NCBI GenBank assembly: GCA_036172245.1
Contig: JAYWIR010000019.1
Span: 2,356,001 to 2,420,000, forward strand
DNA length: 64,000 bases
Direction of reading: 5' to 3'
From: Raillietiella orientalis
Lineage: Eukaryota
The position numbers and the translations under genes are program-made. Shown piece by piece: positions 45,624 to 59,149 of the stretch. Below the pieces are notes generated by a model, which was not told the DNA's origin, searched no databases, and was given only the letters and a program-made list of their open reading frames with translations. Numbering within the stretch: the first letter of the stretch is position 1; each line of letters opens with the position of its first letter.

Positions 45624-48600
45624 TTAATGACATTATCTTAGTATTTCAGTTGAAATGATTTAGAAAACACTTTGTACATGTTTTTAGTTGCATGAAAAAT
45701 TAATTGGCGAGTTGCATTGTGAATCGGATTTTTTCTTACACTCCTTGGTTGTGTATGGGGATATGTGCACTTGACTTATGTGTCGTTCCCGAATATTTTC
45801 CTGTGACTATAATTGGCAAAATATTGTGGATTTAATTTCAAGCAATGTGCAGTTATAAAGTAAAATTATTTCTACGTGTGTGGCTTTTTTATGTTAAAAT
45901 ATAATTGATAATATAAATCATGGACGTGAGTTAATTTGGAAAAAGTTTCAGCAATATTGAATGCTGGAAGTGTTAGGGGGAGATTCTATTATTGAAGAAA
46001 GTAAAATAATGGATTGGTTGCTTATTCTTCATCAAGCCTATGGAAACTGCAGTTTTATTGCTTGTTGGCAAACCGAAATCTATTTGTTGTGCAAGCTTTT
46101 TTTCCAATCTTTTTTGTGAATTCCAGGGCTATTAATTAGTTTATTTAGACATGGAGTCATAAGGAAAGTGTACAAGAATTCACAGTAGTTGTGATGGGAT
46201 GTATTATTTCAAAACCTTTCAGAATTTTGGCAAAATAAGTGTTGACATTTAAGTTGCTCAATTATGTAAGCGGCATTTTACAATTGAAATGTGCCCTTTT
46301 TTCTTCAGAATCACTGCTGTTCTGAAATGTGTGTATAATTTAAAAAAACTTTATATGCATATTTTTAGGTAAATATATGCAATAAAAATCTTCAGCGTTG
46401 CCTTTATAGGTTACCTCTGCCTAATTAGGTCTTTTTCTCTTTGTATATAGTGGCTTCACATATCTTAAAGTACAAGTAAACTTTTTTATTTACCATAGTA
46501 ATGCATAAGTGTAAAAGTAGAAAATATATTACTGCTAATATCAAATAGCAAACTGGGTTGAGTCATTAGTTTTTATGTGCTTGCTCACTGGTATTCTAGA
46601 TGGATGCCATGAATTTTTTCCTAGTTTACTGGTTTTTAAGTAGATGCAAATTTTGGTAGTGTTGAGGATGATTACGGTTGCTGCATTCTTGCTTCTAGTT
46701 ATTGAAATTATGTATGATGCAGGGCAGAAAGAGTATTTTTTTATGTATATTAATTTGCTCATTCAAGCAGTTCTTTTGTAAACTTATTATTTTATGAAGC
46801 AAGAAAGATTTTTACTGATATGCTATTCATAGTATTTATAAATGCAGAAATGCAGTGGTTGACATTAGCCAGGAATTTGTTTCCTTCGTAAGTCGCCCTA
46901 TACAAAAGTTTTTCTTATCTTTTTTCTAGATAGTGTTTTAACTGGTTTCATACTTCTGAATGAGTTAAAAAGTTTATCATTTTCAAACAATAAATCACAT
47001 TCTCAGCAAAAAACAAAGCATGTATTTGTGAATCCATTGTTCAACAAAACTTGGCAGCATTATTAGTCATTTTAGCATGGATAGAGTTAATTTAAATCAA
47101 GTACAGCTTAAATTGAGCTTCTATTTTAATACAGTTTTGTTAGAAAATACAAGCAAACCAGTCCACCCTTCGATCTGAATGAGGAATGTCAGTATAACCA
47201 AAGTGCTCAGTCAGTGTGTTTTTTCTGTTATGATTTCATCAGTGGATGCTGTAGGTTTGCATGAATGTATAGGTCATTGTGAAAATTTTCATGTATTATT
47301 TAGTTTCTACTGATTTTATTGATTGTATCATTACATGGATTTTATATATGCTTTTGAGGAATAATTGAAACCTTTGATTTAGAGCTAAGAAATTTTATAA
47401 AGATGAAGCTTTCAAGCATTCCTTCATACTGTTCTTAATAATGGGTCATCCTAACTAGAATAATGTTGTGTGGATCATTTGAAATTCAATATTGTCACAG
47501 GAACAAAGAGGTTGCATAATCTCACGATTTATCGGAAGATTTTACAATGACTTTACACTTAAATTTCTTGTAGCCTTTGTAATTTCACGAGTCTCGCACT
47601 GGTGCACTACATGCATCATCAGAATTTATGGCCTAGTTCCTGCAGCTCATGTTTATGATTATTATGATATGTAGCATTCTGGAAGAATAGCTAGAACATG
47701 CCATTTCGTTATCTATCAGTTGTATTCACAAAATCCTCTGTAGTACCGCTTCAGTACTTATAGAAAAAGATGGGCCAGGGGATTTTTGTTTATGCATTTC
47801 TCAGTTCTTACAGATACCTTCTATGCAAGGTATTTTTAGGATCCAACGTTTTCGATCTTTATTCGATAAATGTTTTATCGTAGTTTTGATCTTTTCCAAA
47901 TCAAATCCTTATGTAATATTTACAGAATGCTTAATGCGTGTGGCCAACGTTCATAGTTTGCGTTTACGTTTTGCATTTGGCAAAATAGAGGTGTTCAAAC
48001 CCTTTTTAAACCGTCAAGGTTACTATGTTGCAACTGTGTTTTCAGTGTTTTCAGTTTTTGCTTGCTTTATTTTCGTGTTTGATCGAATGTTCCGTATCTT
48101 TGAACCACTCTTGCTCAAAATGAACAGTTATATATTTGTTTATGGTATACTTACCAAAGTTGCATAGAAAATGCACTCTCCAACAGTTTGGGCTTAAATT
48201 TTTGATTACTGCAGCGTAGTCCATGTGTTTTCTCCCAACGAATAGAGTCACCTTTGTATATTCTGCGTCTTATCAGTAAATTTTTGTTTAAAATGAATTC
48301 GGACTTCGAAGAAACAGGAATTTTCATCTCCTGTTGGCTTTGTATAGATTTGCCTGCTTCAAAGAAAAAAAGAGAAAAGGAGTTTCTACGTATTTCAAAG
48401 AACATAAAGTAGAATGATTTCGTTTTTTTAAATTAATGGATGCAGCAGTCAGTGTTTTCGAAAACTAATGGAAGAATGATTATGGCTGCCTGCTTAGCAT
48501 TAAGAGTTGGTTAGTTCAGTTTACGTTTCCGATCACGAGGGTAGTTTATATGATGCTTATCATTTTCCTTTTCATGGAATCTTACTTGTGGAAATAAATA

Positions 48601-50384
48601 CACATTCATTGTTAGCAGTAACTATTAACTGTCTATGTTTTCATTTTTCACTGAAATTAAGGTATAGCAAAGTAAATGAATGGCCTCATTGAGTTTATGA
48701 GTTTTAGCTTGGATGCATTTTTCTCGCACCTAAGAACATATCATCCAACGAATTGTACGATACATGGATCGTGCTTATGAAAGCTTTGTTCCTTAATAGA
48801 AACGTCTAATTTGGTGGACTAACACACAAAAAACTTCATTGTAGCCGATTTACGTATTTCCAATAGTATCCTCATATTAATACGTACATCACCATAAATA
48901 AACTGTTAATGCTTGTAATGATTTCTAGTTATAAGTAGCTGCAATTTCTCATGGCAAGTTTTAGATGCGCTTTCATCTTGGAGCACTTTGAATGCTTCAA
49001 AGTTTCTTAATTTCTGTGTCCTCATCTGTGCAGACTCGCTTCTGAACATGAGCTAATCCCTCCCAGCGTAGATACGTTAGTCACCTTTCAGACCTTCAGC
49101 GTGCTGCTATGTGTACCCAGATCAGTGTCCTTAGGGCGTTGTTTCCCTTGATGAAGTCTGTTCCTCAATATATAGGCCCACTTTTAGGAGAGAATCTCCA
49201 GCGGAGGCCACCAATAGCCCCCACCGAGTTGCATGTATTCCGTTGAAGAACTTGGGAATCGTCCCTTATTAGCCGTCGTACACAAAACCTTGGCATGCCA
49301 CTGTGCTCATGCTGTGTTTTCAATAATTGCCAAATTTATAAATTTATCATCGTTATTTTACAAATTGCTCTAAAACGTAAGTAAAGAAACAGATTGAAAC
49401 AAACTGAATACAGAAAAGGAAAAACAGAGTTTCAATATGGAAGGAATATTTATCAATTTTTTTATGAAACAGCAAAAATCGCAAATTTCAACAAACTTAT
49501 TTTGGCGTAATTGAAGGGGGAGTTCAATCAGAATCACTGCTCTCCGTAAGTTACTTACAATCATAAATGAACGGATTCCGACTACCATCACAAACACTTA
49601 AAACATATATGATTATCGAAACCTGTATTGAGTAATAAAACTTCTAGAAAGTAAATAAAGCTTCCAAGTATAGCGCAATCCTATCGCTTCCAGATATGGA
49701 TAGAATAACCAAAATAGTTTTGAAACAAAAATCCTTGAATGTTCTGTTGCGATGAAACACCTCAGTTTGGGAATAGCCCCTGAAAAATACACTTATGTCG
49801 TTATAAGACCTGTGTACCTTAGGGCTGTCGGATATTCGTGGCTTAAAGTTATTTTACGAGTATCCAAAAGTTTCTCATGTGAAAAGCAATCTGCTTTTAT
49901 CTATAGTCTGATTCATACAATCAAGTCATGGACACCAATTCTTCGAGTTAATCATGTCAGTCATGCTTTCCTCCCAGCTCAATTATGCAGCACATGGTAT
50001 TTGTTTCCCTATGTATTTTTCTTGCCTTGAAATCCTAAATCGCTGGAGCTATAACTCATTGCTCGCTCCATGATGGTGTTGGTTGAGGAATTGCAACTAA
50101 TTGTGATGATTATATCCATGAAAAATCAGATAGAAAGAAGACGACGCCCGATTCATTTTAATTATTTATCCTCAAATTTTCTTATGCATGGCTTGGAATA
50201 TCATAAATATAGTAAAAATTAATAATCATCAAAATTTATTTAGGGATGACAAAATGCCCAACCACATTTTCAAAACTTTTTCTAGTTTTAGTCCAACTGG
50301 ACACTCAAAAATAAAGTTTCAGACATGGCAATTCTGTTGTGCACATTATTTGTGTTTGTGAGGCGCTGTGCATCCCAGGTATCC

Positions 50385-52144
50385 ATGGGAAATAATAATG
50401 GTAAATTGGAAAATCATATTGAAATGGCGAAAAAAACAGGAATTTTACAGTTAAAAAATAGGAAACTAGGAATGGTATGCAAATTGAAGCATGCACACTC
50501 TCAAAGCATTTCAAATTAAAGCTTTTAAAATGTCTGTTCAGCCAAAGGGCTTGAGTTGAAAACGTGGAATTAGGTTGAGTCAAGAATGAGTGAAAAAAAG
50601 AGAAAAAATGCATGTTACTGCAACAGTGGTGTGATATCTAAATATGTTGTAAGCTTCCAGATCTTCAAAATTTGAGAAACTATCTTCGTTCTCTTGATGT
50701 ATCAAACAATAAAATAAGTAAACTTCCAAGTACAATAAAAGAATGTCACAATTTGAGACATCTGAATATCAGTCGCAATTTAATTGGTAACTAATTACTT
50801 TATGTTCCGTACAAAAATTGAAGCTTTAAAGCAAGAAATGCTATCTTACTATCTAACATCAAACTTTGGGCAATTAATGTTTATGTGTTTTCCTTAGAAT
50901 GTTTATACATATCCTGTTATTCATGAGTTTCAATCATTTTAATGTATTTCATATGATCTTTTCTGGTCATACATGGTGTCTAATGCTTATGGATGTTTTT
51001 ATTTACAGTTGTCGTTATTTGTAATACATTTATTCCTTTTACCTCAGCACTAACATCTCATTTGATTAGGAAAATTTTGTTTTAGAGAATTTTCCCAATG
51101 GACTTCCAGGTCTTTCAAAACTTGAAGTGCTGATTGCATCATCCAATAAGTTATCAAAGCTTCCAAATGAATTTGCATCGTTCAACAACTTGAGAGAACT
51201 TGTGTTAAGGTAAACAGTTTCTCTCCATGTATCTCAAGTTACGCTTTTGTTTCTTTAATTGGTACCCACATACGCTTGTAAATAAAGATAAAAACATAAA
51301 TTGTTTCTCTCAGGTCATTCATTGAATATTTTTTTTCCTGTTTACCTTTACAATGACATTGTATTTTGGGGTCAAAAAATCATCGTGCATAATGAACATT
51401 AAGCCTGTCATATTGTTCTGTTTTAAAAGCAGGTAGAATTGACTTTGTATCTGTTTAAAGCAAGATTTTACAGCAAAACTAATATTATGTGAAAGTTTCG
51501 ATTATTGTCAATTGCTCAGTATACTGTGAAAATTATGATGAAGTTATAGTGCACTATTTCAAAGATTCAGTGTTCTACTGTCTTTTGCAGATTTATGCAG
51601 CCAAGTGCATATTATAAAAGCGTTTATATAGCATTAACTGTTAAAAAAAAATACATCTAACTGTTTTTTCCAGTGATAACTATTTCCAAGATTTTCCTTT
51701 GGTGCTGTGTTCACTGCCATCTTTAGAACTACTTGATCTCTCCAAAAATAACATATCTGAAATTCCATTTGGTATTGGTTCTTTGAAGGTGTATGAACTC
51801 AATCTCTGTCAAAATCAGGTTGAGTGTAACTGCTGAAAGTAGTAGTCTCTAGGTTTTAGATTTAGATATCTAGAATTAATGATGATATCTGTAATTGTTT
51901 GCACTTGAAAATTCTCAAGTTGGAAGAAAATTGTTTGACCATCTCAAATATACCTTCAAAACTCTTGACAGCCACAAATGTATGTTTGTTATCGTTAGAA
52001 GGTAATCTATTTCAACTAAGTGAACTTAGAGATTTGGAAGACTATGAACAGGTTAGACAATTTTTGTATATATGGTCTTTCAAGAATATGCCCATTTTGC
52101 AGTATATGGAAAGATTTACTGCTACCAAAAAGAAACTATTTTGA
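50385..52144 (+). CDS. LRRC57: Leucine-rich repeat-containing protein 57, 6 exons
   Basis: MGNNNGKLENHIEMAKKTGILQL, LRRs (LRSLDVSNNKI, LELLDLSKNNI, ELNLCQNQI, LKILKLEENCL), LLSLEGNLF and terminal YMERFTATKKKLF*. Confidence 0.93.
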
Positions 52145-52363
52145 TAATTTTTTTCCATGTGTTCAAAGAGGAAATTAAAGAATAACAACATGCATCAGTT
52201 TCAATAAGTGTGACCATCTTGAAACACTGGATTTAGTATTTAGAAACGGATTATTTAAATAAAGTCATTTATTGAACATGTATAAAAACATGAGCCTGCT
52301 ACATTTGCATTTATATGTGTCCTATTTCAATTGCCCTTTGCAGCCAACAAATCAGCCTAGTTT

Positions 52364-52379
52364 GTGTGTGTGTGTGTGT
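52364..52379. repeat. Short (GT)n microsatellite
   Basis: gtgtgtgtgtgtgtgt run. Confidence 0.8.
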
Positions 52380-53180
52380 TTTATTTTTCATTGTTTTTAT
52401 GTTTTTTGTGCTTGTTAATGTTTTAAATTAGTAGCTGAATTCATTAAAATTGATTGATGTCAGATACCAAAAGAATTTGGACAAACTCCTAATGATTTCA
52501 AGGACATGTTTATTAAGCATTGTAGACATATTTATGTACTGTAGTTGAACAAATGTAATTTTATGTGCAGTACCAATCTTTGAAGTATAGTTTTTCTCCT
52601 AAATACATATATCATAAAAATAAATACATACATATATCTTAGAAATAATTACTTCTGATGGATATTGAAGTTTTCATAGTTAATTTTATGTTTGAGCCCC
52701 ATCAATTGATACATACATTGAAATATAGACAGCAATGTTTGGATACAAATAGGTAGCTTCAAGTGTGGCTTGTGAAAGATCATATTTTTTGATACATTCC
52801 AGTTTCGAATTTATTGGTAGATTTCATTTTATAATGATGTTTAAAAATTCTAAAAAAATATTCAAGTGAATATTTTAGAAGTATTAAATATGTTTTGTTT
52901 AATAGTGAAATTAATATTAATGTTGAATGTTGATGGGTTAAATAAGATAACTGTTATGTGTAAGAAAATGAATATTTAATGGTGGATATTTTGTTAAAAT
53001 ATTTTGAAATGTTCCAGTAATTTTCTCAAATTAGCAGTTATTCTCGAAAATTTCTTTGGTAGATAGGAGTTTTTGTTTGGTATTTTTTTGCGTTCTTTTT
53101 ATGCCTTTTAAAGATATTTTATGTATATTTTTTTTGTGTTGTGTGCATAAGACACAAATGCATTAAACTATCAAACAATA

Positions 53181-55783
53181 ATGATCAGTAAGTTTTTTTC
53201 ATTGCCTGTATTACTCTTCAAGATTAGATTTAGATTCTTTTTGGATTTGGATTCCTAAATCAATTCTTTTGTTTATCCAGTCAGGTATTTTTCAGATTTT
53301 TCCATTTGGTGTTCATGTAAAGTTTAGTATTTCTAAATGGTGTTTGTTGCTGAGCTGATTCTATTTCAAATTTTTTACAAGAGCAAGGTGACTACTATGT
53401 TTTGCAAGAGTTGCAAATCCTCAAAATACCTTCAGATAAATGTTCTAATGCATCAGTTTGTGAACAATGCATACCATTAGAAATCAGACTAAACATAATA
53501 TAAAATATTATCTATGATATCATGCAGTTTGGATGGTGTGCTTTTATTCTATGAAGGTTTGTAGAAGACAGTATTGTCGATATATTGAGTGTATTCTTTA
53601 GATTAACAGTAATGAGATTCATAGACTGTTTCATTTCCTGGTTTCATGTTTCAAAATGGAACTAATTTTGAGAGGAAAACTCTAGTGACAAATTATTGAA
53701 TTATCATTTCGAGTTTTCATCCTAATGCTAGTCCATAAAGCTCTCTGCTTTATTTATCGAATATGCTTATAATTTTATTAAATCTTACCCAACTTTATCA
53801 TCATATAGATGTATTATTTAAGTTTTAATTTGTTTGATTTCAGCAATGATTCACCATAACAATTTACCATAGTGGAATTGGAAAGAACCATTAGAATATA
53901 TCACTGTATTGAGGGTGTCAGTATGAATGTTGATCAATTAATAAAAGAAAATGACACTGTTGAACCTGATGATTTTGTATTCCAAGAGTCTTATTTAAAC
54001 TTGGAAACTCTTCATGGTATTTCAAAGAAACATGGAAATTATATTTATATACCAAAATTTTATCACAAGGTCAGTTTTGTGATGTAGATATGCACTGCAG
54101 CTACGGCTGATACTGTATATCTATAATGTATGCACATATATACAGTATCTGCAGCAACAAGCTTACTATGCCAATAGTAGTCACATAGCATAAAAAAGAA
54201 AAATGACTAGTTTCTTAACAAATACAACTCAACTCAAATATGCAATTCTGTTGTGTGCTGTTTAAGCTGTGTATTCCTTAAAATGCAGTATAGTTTGCCT
54301 CCTATCTCTTTAAAATATTTTTCTAATTTATTGCAAATATGAAATATTAACATCTTTGAAAGCTGTCTTATGATGATGACGTCCTGATGCAAAAATACTG
54401 CAAGGAAGTTAGGAAAAAATCCCAACAAAGACGAAAGCTGGAAATTTTAAATACAGAGGAATTGGAAGTTGGTTTTTGGTTATCTTGACTTAACTATATG
54501 TTCTCTTTAGTTGCTATTAATGCTTTTAAAGCGACATTCTTCATTGTTGCATGGCAGTGAAAAACCTGTAATTGGCTATGAAGAATATTGTAATTTGAGA
54601 AAATCATGTGGATCAAAATTTAGGTATATATGAATTCTTTTGTCCATATGTTGCTACAATTTCTCATTTCCACATCAGTTCTTATTTATCAGCAACGTTA
54701 TTTTTGAAATTATCAGTTGATGATAGGCGTGGATTTGTACATGTGGAAGACCTTTTTGAATATATTGGTCAGAAAGTATGGTTACAGCATGCATGCATTA
54801 GCCTTTTGTCAAATGATGCTTATGGACAGGGCTTTATACATGAAATAGTAAGACCTCCATCATGGATAATTTATATTATTGTATATCATCAGGATTTGGA
54901 AGTATACATTTATAAGCTTATTCCAATAATGCCTCAAATTCAAAAGTTAGAGGATAGCATGTATCCTTTTTATGTAACAACGGTACTAAGGAAGTTTTTT
55001 TTTTTTCTGGATCCCTTCCACATTGGCCACATACCATTACGGATTGTTCTTGCAAGTGGCTTTCTTGAAGATCTATGTGAACTTCAAAACGAGGAATTAT
55101 ATCTTGATTACCCCAAAAATAATTTATTTTCCCTCGAAGTTTTTCTCAAATTATATAGTACTTACAAAAAATTAGACAAAGATGGTAATGGATTGTTAAG
55201 TGCAGATGAATTAAGTTTTTATGACAGTGGAACTTTAAGCAAATCGTTTATAGATCGTGTATTTCAAGAGTTCGTTTTTAATAAAGAAAGACAAATGGAT
55301 TACAGAGGGTTTCTAGACTTTACTTTAGCATTGGAGCATCGCTCACACCCTCAGTCCTTGCGCTATCTTTTTCGTGTGCTTGACATTGAAGGAAAAGGCT
55401 TTTTGACACGCTTCAGCTTGGACTTTTTTTTTCGAGTAAGTGTCGTCTATAATAAACATGCACAATTATTGTTTATGGAATGAAATAGGATATACAAGCA
55501 CGTATAAAAAATCAGGGCTCTAATCCAGTTTCTTTTGATGATATCTGCAACGAGATATTTGATATGGTTAAACCCATTCATTCAGGAATCATCACTTTGC
55601 AAGATCTTATTCATTGGTGAGTTGAATATTAATGCTAAATGCTGAAGTTGTCTGTCTTTCAGTAATCAAGGAGAAATTGTTGTTGGCATTCTCATAGACG
55701 TAAAAAGTTCTCATGTCTGTGACAGTGGGGATTTATTATTTCAGGAATCACAAACCAGTCTTCCAGGAAAGTCAGTGGAATAA
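53181..55783 (+). CDS. PPP2R3C: Protein phosphatase 2A regulatory subunit B'' gamma (EF-hand; G5PR), multi-exon; 5' end uncertain
   Basis: IPKFYHK|LSYDDDVLMQK, KVWLQHACISL, FYVTTVLRKFFFFLDP, EF-hand LDKDGNGLLSADEL, MDYRGFLDFTLALE, LRYLFRVLDIEGKGFL, PVSFDDICNEIFDMVKP, ITLQDLIHCNQGEIVVGILID; stop TAA 55781-55783. Start placed at ATG 53181 (micro-exon ATGATCA|gtaagt); alternatives are GTG 53872 and ATG 53923. Confidence 0.9.
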
Positions 55784-57614
55784 TATTGAAATAAATGGAT
55801 CAGATGTTCTCTCCAAACTAATGCTTGAAAATACTTATTTAATGACATTGCCAGTCTGCAAAAATGGAGTTTTTTGAAATGAGAGCTTTGCGATTGTGTT
55901 TTCAAAGAACCAAGTTTAGTTATGAAAAAGATAACATTTTGAATTTAATGTTATGATCATCTTACAGAACAAGAAAGAAATGCTGATTGTCTTCAAGGAC
56001 TTGAAGCCATTTCACCATAAACAGAGTTCTTAATAATTATTCTTGTTTTATAGCTGTCATGTAGTCTGTGCATATGAATGGGCTTTTTCTGTTTGACTTA
56101 GATTCACATCTCGGATTTTGGAATTCTGCATTATTCTCTTTGATTTACTAATTTTTAGAGTTCTATTCAATCTTCTCCATAAATTTGTTATGGATTTGTT
56201 TTGCATTTGCAGTTGGTGCTATCAGCTGTATGCAAAAAAAGCTGGGAGTGCTTGATCATAGGAATTCATGACATGTATTCAAGCTGCATTGGGTTTTTCA
56301 TTCTGCTTCAGAGCCTGGTCACTGCAAACATTCTAATTTCAGACTCTTGAAGTGAGGGATTTACGAACATCAACTGGCCTTGTGGCATGTCCATGACTAG
56401 ACTTAATAGAAAGTGGAAGGAATCAGAAAAGCCTCATTTTTTTGGTTTTCTTGGGGTTTCTTTTCACTTAAGGCAAATGCTGAAATGTCCTCAGTTGTTG
56501 GAATAATTAACAGCATCATCAGCAAAATATCGCCTAATAAAAACACAAATAATGCCATTGGCTGCATATGCCTAAAGCTTTAGTTCTTGCAGCCTAGGTC
56601 GTTTTCATTATTTCTTCATGTTCTCAGGTATTTTTTTTCATTTCGTGTCATCGTCGATTTGTAATTGCACCACTGCTGTGCTCTTTGCCCAGACTCTTAT
56701 ACCGAACAAATTTTTAAAAACTGGCATTTTCTGATGTTCGTTATGGTGGATTTTACGATGCAAGAGTTTATGTAATTGGTTCTAGCCTTACTCCTTTCAT
56801 CTCAGGATGCCCTGCGTTTGTTCACCTATTCACACTCTCTATCTTAAAGGATGTTGATGGTATACGTTTCAATGCTCTTTTCTGAAACGTTTCTGATGGC
56901 ATGTAGTCTTCTGATGTGCCGGAAATCGTCGTTTCCGTGCTTCCAGTGTATCAAAAGTTTCTCACATCCCCATTTTCTTCAATTTCCCGACTTCTCTGCA
57001 ACAGAACCCATCGTCACACAATACTTTCTGAAACTATTGCATGGTCCCCAGTGTCGGGCTCTGAAAACTTGACCGGAAGTAATGCGTTTTTATTCGCTCC
57101 TTTTGTCAGGAATAAGAGCACAAGTCGTTATTGATTGCCGTACATCTATTCTCTCTCAATATGTACAACAAACACATGTATATGTATTAGAAAGACTTGT
57201 TCTCAGTAGCCGAAAAGCAATTTTTTGTTAATAGTTCCCGATAAACAATTGTTTTATTATTACTTTCGTTTATACTTCATTAAATTTTCTTCTTTTTACC
57301 TAGTTTTAGAAGGGCTTACCGGACTGTTTATGCCGAGTGCTAGTGCCTCTTTTTTCCATTTTCTTTTCTTCCAGAAAGTGCATTAGAGGGCCACTTAAAG
57401 AATTAGGAAAATACACGATCATTAAATGAAACTTACTGTTACTACTTTACCCATGCGTCTGTTTTTAGCGTGCTGATCACTAAAAGTGTTTCGTTCGTGT
57501 GACAACACGCTTACCCTGCAACTTTCAAATAGATGCTTCATCCTTGTATTTAGAATGCTTATTACTCATCCACGATCTTACCCTGAGGCTCTCCGGGTGA
57601 AATTGTAGACGAAT

Positions 57615-57783
57615 GGATATCCGTACTTATCAGGAGAAGGGCACGAGACAAAAATTTATGGTTTCCTGATTAAGCAGGCCGCTGTTTCGGCCGGGATTTG
57701 TGAATAGGGAATCGCAGTCAGTACCCTGAGGCGCTGGATAAAGACAATCAAGAAGAATTTACTGGGTTGAAAAAGTCATTAAC
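57615..57783 (+). repeat. Copy 1 of ~165-bp diverged direct repeat
   Basis: GAAGGGCACGAGA..AAGCAGGCCG..GGGATTTGTGAATAGGG..CGCTGGAT..AATTTACTGGGTTGAAAAAG..CATTAAC recurs at 60153-60315. Confidence 0.85.
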
Positions 57784-58504
57784 AAAAGCCATTTCCCCGG
57801 GGTAGCTTACACATAATATGTTGCATCACCTGCAGTTGACTCGAGTTTTACTCTAAGTGCTTGTATGGGGTGCTTAAGTAATTCCGACGTAGAGTTTGGT
57901 TAACGAGTAGATGGAGAAAATGCAAAGTCATCTGCCAAGCTGAGTGATATCCCTTAAGGCAAGCATAAGAAGTCATGAGTAATTACATTGTTCACTAGTC
58001 TATTTGGAAATATCACTAACGAGACAAACAAGGCAGCACAACTTGTAGTAGACAAGGTGCATTTAGTATCACTGGATTATTTAATTGATGTTCGAAGCCA
58101 AGGGCTTATGGAATTCGAATAATTCAACAACGCTACGTCCTTCTAGAGGGGTACTCTATTCGTCTTCAAATTCCTCTTTTAGAAACTGGGAAAAGAACAA
58201 AGCGGTTGCACACACTTGACCTCAGAGAAGATTGTTGCATCTTTGTTGATTGATGATCATTCGGACATGTTCGGCGCTCGTTTGGGTGTGCAATGGAAAT
58301 CCCTCAGCAGGTGTTCTCACTTGAAAATCAGCCGTCGCCTTGCGTTTCCATGCTTTGCATGGTTTCATTTTCCAAAACTGCTCCATGATGAAGTGCCCTT
58401 TTTTTCCCATTTTTACTTCGCATCGTCTTGATTCTTGTCATTGTCCATTCTGAGAAAACACTGCACAACACTTCAATGCATTTTCTACTGGAATAGAGGC
58501 TTCT

Positions 58505-59149
58505 TGAGTGTCCTATACAATCCAAATTTCCTACGATGCATGTGATGTTGGGTGTATTGGGTGCTGGTGAAGTCAAACTGAACGCTGCTCAGAAAAACAT
58601 TTTTCAATTCAGCATCCACCCGGAACAGAAGGGTGCGCTTCAGAATTCCCTGTTTTTGAAAGCTGCTTGTCCTTTGGTAAAGCTTGAGGGGTTTTAAATG
58701 TAAAGCTCTGAGCGCTTTCTATTTTCTTTCTACCCTCTTTTCTACACTTTCCGTTCTCCTCTCTACCGTCTGCATCTTCTCCCCCTTTATTCCCTTCGCC
58801 ATTGCTCCCAAAGCACGTTTCCTCTCAGTCTTCCCTCTCTATCTCTTTCTATGTGAGAGTGAAGTTCGCTGTGAACCGAAACCAGAAGAAGCGTGTTCAT
58901 CCGTCTGGAACGAGCCGGTCTACTTCCTGAATAACGATTTGTCTCCAGGAAGCACACCTTGTCATTTTGAATCTTCGTGTTCAGCCAGTGGACTTATCAA
59001 GGTCAAACCCTCAGTGAACTCTCAGTGATCAAGCTGCTGAACTGAAAAATGTATTTTCGAGCAGCGTTCAGTTTGACCTCACCAACAACCAAAACACCCG
59101 ACATCACATGCATGACACCGTAGGAAATGCCGATTGCATAGGACGCTCA
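58505..59149. repeat. Inverted repeat pair, arms 58505-58614 and 59035-59149
   Basis: GGTGAAGTCAAACTGAACGCTGCTC versus GAGCAGCGTTCAGTTTGACCTCACC etc.; ~85% identity plus a 5-nt indel. Confidence 0.88.

Noticed and set aside
49050..49320. GC-richer segment considered as SRP, U3, RNase P/MRP or another ncRNA
   Set aside because: None of the hallmark motifs were found.
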